This document shows, piece by piece, positions 48,763 to 58,409 of a stretch of 64,000 nucleotides of DNA. Under the pieces are notes generated by a model. It saw only the letters and a list, made by a program, of their open reading frames with translations, searched no databases and was not told the origin of the DNA. The position numbers and the translations under genes are program-made. Origin of the DNA: Planctomycetia bacterium (GTDB taxonomy: Bacteria > Planctomycetota > UBA8108 > SXIK01); contig SXIK01000010.1 of assembly GCA_005772855.1 (NCBI GenBank), positions 2,886 to 66,885 of the forward strand, read 5' to 3'. Position 1 is the stretch's first letter, and each line of letters opens with the position of its first letter.

Positions 48763-51519
48763 TTACTCGCAGATCATGTCATCCGCCGTCGGGTCCTGAC
48801 CCGACGAGCTCGGCTCGGGCAGCGGGGCGCCGCCCAGGAAGAGCCTGATCAGGGTCGTGACCGCGTCGGAGACATCGACCTGAGCATCGTCGTTCGCGTC
48901 TGCCGCATCCAGGCAAGAGAGGAAACCCTCCCCCTGGAAAAGGAATCGGAGCGTGCTGAGCGCATCAGAGATGTCCACCACGTGGTCGCTGTTCGAGTCG
49001 CCGCGGATAAAGTCCGGCAATCCACGCGTCAAGGCCAAAGTCTCCTGCTTGCAGTGTTCGGACAGACGATCCTGGCAGTGGGCCAGGAATTCCCTCGCCT
49101 TCTCAGCGCAGTCTTCAGGCTTGCCGCCTTCCTCGACGCAGCGCGCCTCGAACCGCTTCGCGGCGGCTTCGCAATCGAAGTCGCACGGCTTCGGATCGGG
49201 AGTCGCGCAACGCTTGCGGCACGCGGCGAGGAACTCCTCGACGCGCGCGGCACACTCGACGTCGCTTCCGCCAGCGGCAACGCACTCCTCCTTGACCTTG
49301 GCGGCGGCGTTGCCGCAACGCTCGGCGCAGGTCGGGGGCTCCGGCGGCTCGTGGCCATCACCACACTTCTTCAGGCAGCCTTCGAGGAACTCGTTGACTG
49401 CGCGACGGCACTTGCGGGCAGCCTCAGCCTTGCACTTCTCGGGGTCGTTGCCGGCCTCGACGCAGGCCTTGATCTCCTCCTCGAGGCGATCCAGGCAGCG
49501 CGCGAACCTTTCACGAGCCGCATGAACACAACGCTCCTTGCACGGCTCGGGCCGCGGTGGACAATTCTCGAGGCACTCCTTCAAGACCTCGATGGCCTTG
49601 TGACGGCACTCCCGCGGAGTGCCGCCTGCCTCGGTGCATTCGGCAAAGACGCGGTGAGCGACTCGCACGCAACGAACCGCGCACGGCGGACGGCCGTCGT
49701 CACAACGGTCGGTGCACTCGTTGTAAAGGACACGGGCCTTGTGGGCACACTCCTGTGGATCGTTGCCAGCCTCGAGGCACTCCTCGCGGAAGGCGCGGGC
49801 CTTCACGGTGCAGATGACCACGCACGGGTAGGGCGGTGGGGCCGGCTCGGCGCAGCCCTCGGCGCAGGCCTTCAAGGCCTCCTGACCCTTCGCGGCGCAT
49901 TCCCTTTCCGTCCCGCCAGCCTCGCGACACTCGGCAACGACCTTGCGGGCGAAGTGAGTGCAGCGCTCCTTGCAATTCGGCGGATCGGGAATCTCACAGT
50001 GCTGACGGCAGTCGCGCAGGAAGTGGCGGGCGCGCTCGTGGCAGGCAGCCGGATCCGCGTTCGGATGATCCTGGAGGCACTTCTCGAGCAGCTCCTTGGC
50101 AGCCCTCTCGCAGCGCTCCGCGCAGTTCGGCGGGGGCGGGCTGTCGCAACGATCGAGGCATTCCTCCAGGACTTCCTCGGCTTTCGCACGACACCTCACG
50201 GGATCACCGCCGTTCGCCACGCACTCCTCGGCAAATCTCCGGGCGTGCTCCTTGCAGCGCTGTTCACAGCTCGGCGGGGGAGGCGGCGGGTCGTTGCACT
50301 GGTTCAAACACTCTTCCAGGAAAGCCTGCGCCTTCGCGGTGCATTCCGCGTCGGTAGCGCCAGCGGCGCTGCACTTCGCATGGAGCTCACGCGCCGCGCG
50401 CTTGCAGCGCTCGGCGCAGGTGGGCTCTTCGGGGGGCTGATCGCAGCGGTGGAGGCATTCCTCGGCAAACGCATCGGCCTTGCCCTGACACTCGGCCGGA
50501 TCGCCGTTATTGGCGAGGCACTTCTCGAGCAGATCCATGGAGGCGTGCTTGCAACGATCCGCACAGCTCGGCGGGGGCGTCGGCTCGCAGCCGGCCAGGC
50601 AGCGCTTGAGGAGCTCTCCCGCCCTGGCTTCGCAGTTCTCGCCGCCTGCGGCCGTACACTCATTGAAGAAACTCCGTGCTCTCTGACCACAGGCCACCTC
50701 GCAGCTGGGGGGCGGCGGAGCCGGCTCGCACCTGGGCAAGCATTCCCTGAGCGTCGTCTCAAAGACGGCCTGGCAGCGCTCGGGGCCGCCTCCACCTGCC
50801 GCGCACTTGTGGCGCGCTTCTTCGGCGATCCGGAGACACAGCGTCTTGCAGTCGCCCGGAGGAGGCGGTTCGCAGCCCCTGAGGCAGGCCACCAGCGCTT
50901 CCTTGGCCTTGATTTTACACCTTCCGGGGTCTCCACCCTCTGCAAGGCAACGGCGCTTGAGCTCCTCTGCCTTGCGGGCGCAGGCCTCTTCGCAGCTCAC
51001 TGGAGGCGGAGGAGGGGGCTGACAGCCGGGCAGACAGACCTGAAGGGCCTCCCTGGCGATGAGCGCGCAGCGCTCCGGGGAACCACCTTCTCGGGTGCAA
51101 GCAGCCGAGATCTCCAACGCCTTGGCCTTGCACCGCTCCTCGCAGGTAGGCTCCGGAGGTGGGGGGGGCGGGCACTTCTCCTTGCAGGCCATGATAGCAA
51201 CCTCGAAGGCGTGCTGGCACTCCTCGGTGCTCCCATGAGCCTCTGCACAGGCGTGCAGAGCCTCTTTGGCCTCGCGGAAGCAAGCATCCAGGCACGGAAG
51301 CGGCGGGGGCACGGGATCAACCTGCAAGCATCGCTTGAGAAACGCCTCGCGCATCGCTGCGCAATCAGCGTCACTCCCACCGAGCAACTTGCACTTGTCA
51401 AAAACCTCCTGGGCAATTTGCCGGCATCGATCGGCATCGAGGCGGACCTCGTCGGCTTGGAGCTTGATACACAAGCCCATCGAAAAGAAGAAAAACAAAC
51501 ACAATAGTCGGAATCGCAT
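48763..51519 (-). CDS. Secreted Cys-rich tandem-repeat protein with C-terminal dockerin-like domain
   Basis: SD AGGAGG then MRFRLLCLFFFF signal peptide; 16 repeats of about 48 aa; FIRGDSNSD..DISD..CLDAADANDD C-terminus. Confidence 0.9.
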   Translation of the reverse strand: MRFRLLCLFFFFSMGLCIKLQADEVRLDADRCRQIAQEVFDKCKLLGGSDADCAAMREAFLKRCLQVDPVPPPLPCLDACFREAKEALHACAEAHGSTEECQHAFEVAIMACKEKCPPPPPPEPTCEERCKAKALEISAACTREGGSPERCALIAREALQVCLPGCQPPPPPPVSCEEACARKAEELKRRCLAEGGDPGRCKIKAKEALVACLRGCEPPPPGDCKTLCLRIAEEARHKCAAGGGGPERCQAVFETTLRECLPRCEPAPPPPSCEVACGQRARSFFNECTAAGGENCEARAGELLKRCLAGCEPTPPPSCADRCKHASMDLLEKCLANNGDPAECQGKADAFAEECLHRCDQPPEEPTCAERCKRAARELHAKCSAAGATDAECTAKAQAFLEECLNQCNDPPPPPPSCEQRCKEHARRFAEECVANGGDPVRCRAKAEEVLEECLDRCDSPPPPNCAERCERAAKELLEKCLQDHPNADPAACHERARHFLRDCRQHCEIPDPPNCKERCTHFARKVVAECREAGGTERECAAKGQEALKACAEGCAEPAPPPYPCVVICTVKARAFREECLEAGNDPQECAHKARVLYNECTDRCDDGRPPCAVRCVRVAHRVFAECTEAGGTPRECRHKAIEVLKECLENCPPRPEPCKERCVHAARERFARCLDRLEEEIKACVEAGNDPEKCKAEAARKCRRAVNEFLEGCLKKCGDGHEPPEPPTCAERCGNAAAKVKEECVAAGGSDVECAARVEEFLAACRKRCATPDPKPCDFDCEAAAKRFEARCVEEGGKPEDCAEKAREFLAHCQDRLSEHCKQETLALTRGLPDFIRGDSNSDHVVDISDALSTLRFLFQGEGFLSCLDAADANDDAQVDVSDAVTTLIRLFLGGAPLPEPSSSGQDPTADDMICE

Positions 51520-51984
51520 CGAAATTACCTCCTGCCTGCGTGAAAAGCCCCGAACTTCGTTGTCTTCCGTCCGGAACAACGGTGAAACGCGAAAGCTCGC
51601 AAGCGCCTCGCAGGCTTGCCTGAGATTACAGGTACTTTGGACTTCAGACCCGACCGGCGCCGCAGCGTCATGCGTCGCCAATTCAATTCCATTGGATGGG
51701 AACCCGAAGAAGGCGCAAGGTTGGGACAGACTAGAGCAGCCGAACTTGGCGCCCATTTCGGTAAGCCCTGAGTTGAGCAGAGCCTCAGTGCGATTCCCTC
51801 CGATCGGCTCCCGTCGAACCCCCTCGAGCCCCAGACTTGGCTCAGGAAGGTCTTCAAGGGCGCGAATGCCTGTCGAAGGGCTCGCGATCCAGACGTTATC
51901 TATGGTCCCGTGTGGGACACCCCCGGTTCAAGCGAAATCTTGGGGAATATTCATGACGGGGGGATTCTCGGCGGGGTGGCTCAG

Positions 51985-52127
51985 TGCCGCGCGCCATGAA
52001 TAGGTGCCTGAAATCTCCTGGAGGCGCGCGGTACTCTTGAGGGGGGCCACGCTACCCCCCTCCCACTCCCCTTGGCGAGTACCGCCCAGGAGCTGTATTT
52101 TCAGGCACTAACTTACGGTGAGCGGTA
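51985..52127. repeat. MITE-like repeat B, full copy (143 bp)
   Basis: Imperfect ~29-bp terminal inverted repeats, nested internal stems, CTCAG on both flanks; second copy at 19258. Confidence 0.82.
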
Positions 52128-52132
52128 CTCAG

Positions 52133-52168
52133 TACCGCCCCCTCCTCGGCGCCTCATGGCGTCGGGCA
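52133..52168 (+). repeat. Degenerate fragment related to repeat A, abutting repeat B
   Basis: CCCCCTCCTCGGCGCCTCATGG matches the reverse complement of ~19903-19924; starts with TACCGC. Confidence 0.6.
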
Positions 52169-52213
52169 ATTCCGGCAGACGCCTGTGCTGGAGGCCGGTG
52201 ATCGCTCACACCC

Positions 52214-53416
52214 TCAGCCCTGCGACCCGGCCTCGTGGAGGGTGGAGTAGAACTCCCGTTTATCGGGAACACGGAAAATCATGTCCTTCACGGTGCCACC
52301 CGTCTGGTAGTTGCGTATCGCCTGGGCGATGTAGCGGGAGATGTCCAGGATGGTCATCCTGGAGCGGAGGGTGGCGCTTTGAAGCACCCGCGCCGTGACG
52401 TCGGGCCTTGTGTTTGCAGTGATCAACTCATCAAGAGCGGAGTCCTCGATGCGCGCCTCGAAAGTACCCTTCGTTGCGCTGTCAAACCCGTAGAAGTGAG
52501 CCACCACACCGATGACTTTTCTTGCACCGCCCTTCTTGGCGGCCTCGGCGGCCTGAAACATGGTGGTACCCGAGCGCATCATGTCGTCGTAAATGATCGC
52601 GATCTTCCCCTCGACCTCACCGAAAAAGTCTAGGATCTCCTTCTCATCAACAGAGCCTCGCTTCCTGAGTTGATGGACGGAAGCCTGCCCGGCCAGAAGC
52701 TCCGGCCTCATGTTCTTGAAGAGTTCTTCGCGGGTGCGGACACCGCCATCATCTGGAGCAATCAGGACCACAGTATTCAGCTCGTCGTTTAGCCGCCGGG
52801 ACAGGTAGTCGGCGAAGAGAGGCGCCATCTTGAGGTGGTCAAAGCTGTCAAACGCGATCTCGATTTGCTCCGCGTGAAGCTCGACGACGATAATGTGATT
52901 CATCCCACGGCGAATGAGATCGTCGGCGACGTCGCGAACGCTGATGGGCTCCCTTCGAGCATGTGTCTTGTCCTGTGCCTGGTACCAGAGACAAGGAGCG
53001 ACCACGTTGATCTGGTTGACCTTGCAGGTTCGGCGAAGGGCCGACACCATCCTGCAGGTGTTGGCAAGCGAGACATCCGGGTCTTCCCCATCTCCGACGG
53101 TCGCGATGACATAGACGTTCTTGCCGCGCAGGTTCTCGTGAATCACCGCCTTCTTTTCCCCGTCACCGAACACAATGATGTCCTGCTTCACCAGAGCCTT
53201 CCCCAGGTGGCCTGCGATGGCGTCCGAAAGTCGGCAATGAGGCCGCACAGGCACTATGGCGAAGGACTCGCGGAAGACACGGTCGCGCTCGCGAGTCAGC
53301 TCCTCATGCACCTTGTCTTCAATGATCCGCTCAAGCCACGAGCGGAACTGCGGATCGCCTTGGTAGTCGGTCATCATTCTAGTATCCTTCGCTTCCAGCC
53401 TCGACATGAAGGTCAC
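52214..53416 (-). CDS. prs: Ribose-phosphate pyrophosphokinase family protein
   Basis: FGDGE, ENLRGKNVY, QDK..REPI, ELHAEQI, APDDGG, YDDMMRSGTT. Start may be 53377. Confidence 0.8.
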   Translation of the reverse strand: MTFMSRLEAKDTRMMTDYQGDPQFRSWLERIIEDKVHEELTRERDRVFRESFAIVPVRPHCRLSDAIAGHLGKALVKQDIIVFGDGEKKAVIHENLRGKNVYVIATVGDGEDPDVSLANTCRMVSALRRTCKVNQINVVAPCLWYQAQDKTHARREPISVRDVADDLIRRGMNHIIVVELHAEQIEIAFDSFDHLKMAPLFADYLSRRLNDELNTVVLIAPDDGGVRTREELFKNMRPELLAGQASVHQLRKRGSVDEKEILDFFGEVEGKIAIIYDDMMRSGTTMFQAAEAAKKGGARKVIGVVAHFYGFDSATKGTFEARIEDSALDELITANTRPDVTARVLQSATLRSRMTILDISRYIAQAIRNYQTGGTVKDMIFRVPDKREFYSTLHEAGSQG

Positions 53417-53603
53417 GGGAACTTAACCCCAAAGACAACTCTTGTCGACGCCAGAATCTCTTTCAAAGCCAGGGCCGCTTCGATATAGTGACCGGTTCGT
53501 GTGCAAGGAGTCTTGACCGGCTCGAAAGAAGCCTGACGCGGCAGACTCCGTGTAGAAGGTGGGTCTATCGCTTTTGAGGTTCGCTTCGCCCGAGGAGACT
53601 TCC

Positions 53604-54548
53604 ATGGAGGTCACGTACTACGAAGATCCAGCCTGCATCTGGTGCTGGGCTTTTGAACCCGTGGCGACGAGGCTTGCTTTCGAATTCCGACAAACCATCA
53701 AACTCCGCCATGTGATGGGTGGCCTTCGCGATCAGCCGCCAGTCGACGTCGATTTCACCGTGCGGCAGTGGCAGAAGGCGTCCGAAATTTCCGGGATGCC
53801 TTTCGACACAAGGACCTGGCAGAGCCATGTGAATCAGACAACTTTCCCCGCATGCCGCGCCGTAAAGGGAGCCGCGCTGGTCAGCCCCGCCAGGGCCGCG
53901 AGACTCGCCCGTAGGCTCAGCGAAGCCTACTTCACCGAGCGAATCCCCATCGACAACCTCGATGCGATCCTTCAACTCGCTTCCGAGGTGGGGTTCAACC
54001 CCGACGTCCTGAAAGAAAACATCGCCAGCGGAAGAGCTGAGGAGTTCTTCACCCGGGACCGGCTCGAGGCAAGCCGGCATGGGTTCGGGTTCCCGACGAC
54101 CATCTTCTCCACGATCAAGACAGAATCAGCCGTCCTGCTGCAGGGTACAGTCGACTATGCAGTCATCTTGGCTGCTCTCAAGTCCCTGAACACCCCCAAG
54201 GCAAAGCGCCAACGGTTTCAAGACGTCCCCGAAGACTGGAAGGACCTCTTCAAGATTCACCCACGCCTCACCTCTACCGAGATTCAGCACGTTACTGGAC
54301 TGAGCGCCGACCGCGTCGCCGCGCGAGCTTCCCAGCTTGGACTGCACTGGACTGGCATCTTCTACCAGCGCGAGAAAACGGATCACGACACTGCGAGGGC
54401 CGGCCTGGAGGCTCCACCCAAACTTCCCGGCGAGCACGAGCCTTACGGCGACGAGCCCGCCAGCATCGGCCGGAAGTTGGAGGAGACGGACACGCTCTCG
54501 GGAGACCTCGACACGGAGGGCATCCGCGAGACCAGCGCCGCAGACTGA
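53604..54548 (+). CDS. DsbA-family (YjbH-like) protein
   Basis: DPACIWCWAFEP, VMGGL, PACRAVK, GFPT; GGAG SD. Confidence 0.85.
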   Translation: MEVTYYEDPACIWCWAFEPVATRLAFEFRQTIKLRHVMGGLRDQPPVDVDFTVRQWQKASEISGMPFDTRTWQSHVNQTTFPACRAVKGAALVSPARAARLARRLSEAYFTERIPIDNLDAILQLASEVGFNPDVLKENIASGRAEEFFTRDRLEASRHGFGFPTTIFSTIKTESAVLLQGTVDYAVILAALKSLNTPKAKRQRFQDVPEDWKDLFKIHPRLTSTEIQHVTGLSADRVAARASQLGLHWTGIFYQREKTDHDTARAGLEAPPKLPGEHEPYGDEPASIGRKLEETDTLSGDLDTEGIRETSAAD

Positions 54549-54762
54549 AGGGCATGGATCTCGAACGGGGCGGTCAACTCACCAGCTGATCTCGCTACCG
54601 CGGCGTGCGCCGGGGAGGTCGGCCTGGCAATCGGCACGCCACAGGGCGTGGGGACATGGCCGAACCGTATCACGGATGCACGTCATCATCGTTATCATCT
54701 TCTCCTTGCCGTCCGATTCGTGTTATGGTTTTTAGGGTCGGCGAGCCTCAAGGAGACTTTGC

Positions 54763-55872
54763 ATGAACCCCCGGGTTCCCATTCCAGGGCGAGGTGCCGC
54801 TCAAAATCCTGCCAATCGCTTCGACCGGCTCCACTACGAGCCAGAGCCGGAAATCGAAGATGGCCGAGACCCTCTGGACAACGAGTCGCCACTCCCCCGG
54901 ACGCAGTTCTTTCGCGACACGTCGCGCTCGCTCATCACGCAGAACGATAGCCCCGACGTCGGCTTCGCGGCCAGTATCAACATTTACCGTGGGTGCGAGC
55001 ACGGCTGCGTCTATTGCTACGCTCGAGCAACGCACGAGTACCTGGGCTTCTCCGCTGGCCTCGACTTCGAGACGAAGATCCTGGTGAAAGAGAACGCGCC
55101 CGAGCTGCTCTACTCGGAGCTGCTCTCACCCCGCTGGAAGCCACAGGTGCTGGCGATGAGCGGCGTGACGGACCCTTATCAGCCCATCGAGCGGCGGTTG
55201 AAGCTTACACGAAGCTGCCTGGAGGTTCTCGCTGAGTTTCGCAACCCTGTCGCAATCATCACCAAGAACCGCCTCGTGGCGAGGGATACGGATGTGCTCC
55301 TGCGGCTCACCGAGCACAGGGCCGCGGCAGTCTACGTTTCAGTCACGAGCCTGCGTCCGGAAATCCACCGGGTGCTCGAGCCGCGCACATCGGCACCCGA
55401 GCGCCGGCTCGCCACTATCAATGCCCTTGCGACGGCAGGAGTGCCAGTCGGCGTGATGGTCGCCCCGGTAATCCCGGGCCTTACCGATCACGAGCTGCCG
55501 CAGATCCTGGCAGCGGCGGCGCAGGCTGGCGCGAAGGATGCCGGGTACATTCTGCTGCGGCTACCCCATGCCGTGGCGCCCCTCTTCGAGGATTGGCTCG
55601 GGCACCACTTCCCCAACCGCAAGGAAAAGATACTCGCGAGAATCCGCGAGGTCCGTGGCGGGCGACTCAACGACCCCCGCTTCGGCACCCGCATGAAGGG
55701 CGAAGGTATCTTCGCGGAGCAAATCGCTGCGATGTTCCGCGTCGCCGCGGCACAGCATGGCCTGGCAAGGCAAAGCCTGGTGCTCTCCACGGCAAGTTTC
55801 CAGCGCCCCGGGCCGAGGCAGATGACGCTCTTCGACTATTTGAACCCGCCCGGAAGCGGCTCCGGGGGATAA
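54763..55872 (+). CDS. PA0069-family radical SAM protein (spore photoproduct lyase-like)
   Basis: GRGAAQNP.NRF, YRGCEHGCVYCYAR, TDPYQP.E; AAGGAG SD. Confidence 0.92.
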   Translation: MNPRVPIPGRGAAQNPANRFDRLHYEPEPEIEDGRDPLDNESPLPRTQFFRDTSRSLITQNDSPDVGFAASINIYRGCEHGCVYCYARATHEYLGFSAGLDFETKILVKENAPELLYSELLSPRWKPQVLAMSGVTDPYQPIERRLKLTRSCLEVLAEFRNPVAIITKNRLVARDTDVLLRLTEHRAAAVYVSVTSLRPEIHRVLEPRTSAPERRLATINALATAGVPVGVMVAPVIPGLTDHELPQILAAAAQAGAKDAGYILLRLPHAVAPLFEDWLGHHFPNRKEKILARIREVRGGRLNDPRFGTRMKGEGIFAEQIAAMFRVAAAQHGLARQSLVLSTASFQRPGPRQMTLFDYLNPPGSGSGG

Positions 55873-55985
55873 CAACCCCGTGCTCTCGAGCTCTTTCTCT
55901 TAAATTCTTGGGTCACAAGAAGCTCCCAACTTCGCTGGATGATCTTGTGGACACCCCGGAAACCGCCCCCCTGAAGGAGCTTGCC

Positions 55986-57749
55986 ATGAGACCCATCGCC
56001 GTCACCCTGGTCCTCGTCGTTTTCACTCTTCTCTCCCCCCCGGTCGCATACGCCGTCAAGATCCCTGTGGGCGATATCGCGATCGACCCCAACCCCGTCC
56101 TCGATCCGGGAAGGGAACCGCTCCAGTTCCGCCGGGGAGACGTTCGTGCCGACGGAAACATTGCTCTGAGCGACGCCATCACACTCCTGCGGCACCTCTT
56201 CTTCGGGGACCCGGCCACCCTCCCCTGCGCGGATGCGGCCGACACCGACGACGACGGTATCTTGACCATCGGCGACGCGGTCGCGATCTTGAGCCACCTC
56301 TACTCGGGTAGTAAACAGATCCGTGGACCCGTCGTGGCGTGTGGAGCGGACCCCACGAACGATTTCCTGGGCTGCGACTCCTTCCCTGCCTGCATCGCAG
56401 ATCCGGCCCCCTCCGACGCCGAAAAAAGGCTCGACATGGCCTACCACTACGCTCCGGTCCACCACCAGGATGCCTCGGATTCGGGTTACCGCTACGACAT
56501 GCTGGCCCGCATCGACTTCAACGGGAACTGGGACATGGCGAGCAAGTGGGAAGCAGCCGCGACCATGGGGGTTCCGGCAGCGCACGTCTACTACAGCGTG
56601 GTCTCCACGGCGACCCACTGGTACCTCGTGTACGCCTTCTACCACCCTCGTGACTGGACCAATGAGAGCTTTGACCAGGAGCACGAGAACGACATGGAGG
56701 GGCTGCTCCTGGTGGTTTTCCGCGATGGAAGCAGGTACGGCAAGCTCGAGGCGGCCGTCACGGTGGCCCACCTTGATTTCTACAGCTATACGCCGGGGCC
56801 GACCCACCTGAGCGCTGGCGCGGAAGACCTCGACGGGAACCTGGGGCTCATCGACGGAAGCCATCCCCTCACCTACCAGGAAGCGAAGGGTCACGGGGTC
56901 TACGCCTACGGGGGATCTCACACCGAAGACGGTGATGGGATTTGGTACTACCCTTCGCTGCCTTACCTCGGGCACGAGGAGGCGACACGGCCAGCCCTTC
57001 CGACACCTCAGAGCGGTGACACCAACCCGAAGGCCCACTACAAGCTCCTCGACATCTTCGAGGCAGGTGGTTTGTGGGATCGACGAGAAAACGCGGAGAC
57101 CTTCCACAGCTTTGGCTCGTTCCGCGGAGACGACGGTGGAGAATGCGGGGATGGCGTGACGGTCACCTGCTCGGAGAACTCCCCACACCCGCCGTGGGGC
57201 TGGGACGACGTGAATGACGGCCCGGTCTTCGCCGGCGAGCTTGCTTTCGACCCCGCCCACCTGGTCGGCCGGTACTTCCACGTAACGACGGCGTTTGCCA
57301 GGGACTACGAGCGCAATCCCTATGCAGTCGAGATTGTCCTGGAGGAGCTCACGGTGCTCTCGAATCAGGACCCCAGCGGGGATCGATCCGACCCCTACTT
57401 CAACCTGTACTTCGGGGACGGCGTGGGCGAAGAGACCCATGGGGGCTACGGTGACGGGATCGTGGACGGCGACAGCGGCGCACAAGTCTCCTGGGTCTTG
57501 TGGGATCCTCCCATGAGCACCCGAATCAACCTCGCGACCGCCATGCCGCGCAATCGCTTCTACACGATCAAGTCAACGGTCCCCACCTTCCGGATCCGCG
57601 TCATGGACTGGGACAACGGGAGCGGCGACGAGTGGCTCATGAGCCCGGCGCAACCGTACGCGGAAGAGCGCACGAGCGGTAGCTTCACCTACGAGTTCGG
57701 GCGCAGCCGCCTCAAGGTCCGCCTGACCGACGCGCCAGGCGGGCGTTGA
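55986..57749 (+). CDS. Secreted protein: dockerin-like + NPP1/Vps62-like + C2-like domains
   Basis: AAGGAG SD, signal peptide, FRRGDV..SDA..CADAADTDDDG, YAFYHPRDW..HENDME, SDPYF..VMDWD..GDE. Confidence 0.75.
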   Translation: MRPIAVTLVLVVFTLLSPPVAYAVKIPVGDIAIDPNPVLDPGREPLQFRRGDVRADGNIALSDAITLLRHLFFGDPATLPCADAADTDDDGILTIGDAVAILSHLYSGSKQIRGPVVACGADPTNDFLGCDSFPACIADPAPSDAEKRLDMAYHYAPVHHQDASDSGYRYDMLARIDFNGNWDMASKWEAAATMGVPAAHVYYSVVSTATHWYLVYAFYHPRDWTNESFDQEHENDMEGLLLVVFRDGSRYGKLEAAVTVAHLDFYSYTPGPTHLSAGAEDLDGNLGLIDGSHPLTYQEAKGHGVYAYGGSHTEDGDGIWYYPSLPYLGHEEATRPALPTPQSGDTNPKAHYKLLDIFEAGGLWDRRENAETFHSFGSFRGDDGGECGDGVTVTCSENSPHPPWGWDDVNDGPVFAGELAFDPAHLVGRYFHVTTAFARDYERNPYAVEIVLEELTVLSNQDPSGDRSDPYFNLYFGDGVGEETHGGYGDGIVDGDSGAQVSWVLWDPPMSTRINLATAMPRNRFYTIKSTVPTFRIRVMDWDNGSGDEWLMSPAQPYAEERTSGSFTYEFGRSRLKVRLTDAPGGR

Positions 57750-57788
57750 AGGTCAAATCAGGGACGCGGAGCAGCACCGACGACCAAC

Positions 57789-58409
57789 TCAGCGTGCCGC
57801 TCCGCGCTCCCGTTTCGGAGCAGGTACAAGGATCGGAATCGCGATCTCTGGCGTTTCAAGATCGCTTCGGAGCGTGATATTCTCCGCATCTTGCGGCAAG
57901 AGGAATCTCAGCCAGCCCTGCGCTTCCTCGCCGGGCTTCAAGTACTGGGTCGGTAACGGAGGCTGCTTGATTGCGGACAGGACTGGATCAAGCTTCCTGG
58001 AGTCCCGGGAGCCCTTTCGAGAGAAGCGAAGGCAGAAACGCTTGGGGGACACCAGCGGGAACGGGTCCTTTTGTACGCTCGCGACCACAACCTTGAGGTC
58101 AACAAGCTGGTGATCGGGCAGAACGATTAGCCCGCCAGGCAGCGCTGTCCCGTCCTCAACGCTCTCGACTCTGACGCGGACGGCCTCGCCCCGCGGCTCC
58201 TTCAACGCCTCAATACGCGCCAGCACGGCTGAATCCTCGATGGGCACTGAGCCTGCTCCACCTCCAGGAACAAAATTTGCTGTGGAAGACTGTTGAGCTG
58301 GATCGGATGTCGAGGAAGGTAGCTGCTTCTTTTGAGCAGCGGTCTCTTGTGAGCAAGCAGCCAGCCCAAACGAAGAAAGCAAGGAAACAATCCAAATGGG
58401 CCGTAGCAT
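57789..58409 (-). CDS. Lipoprotein with DUF4352-like beta-sandwich
   Basis: Lipobox GLAAC; LKPGEEAQGWLRF. Confidence 0.7.
   Translation of the reverse strand: MLRPIWIVSLLSSFGLAACSQETAAQKKQLPSSTSDPAQQSSTANFVPGGGAGSVPIEDSAVLARIEALKEPRGEAVRVRVESVEDGTALPGGLIVLPDHQLVDLKVVVASVQKDPFPLVSPKRFCLRFSRKGSRDSRKLDPVLSAIKQPPLPTQYLKPGEEAQGWLRFLLPQDAENITLRSDLETPEIAIPILVPAPKRERGAAR

Noticed and set aside
48982-51507. 841-aa Ala/Leu-rich plus-strand ORF
   Set aside because: Antisense shadow of the Cys-rich repeat gene, which has the SD, signal peptide and terminator.
55836-57485. 549-aa minus-strand ORF
   Set aside because: Antisense shadow of the dockerin-containing gene.
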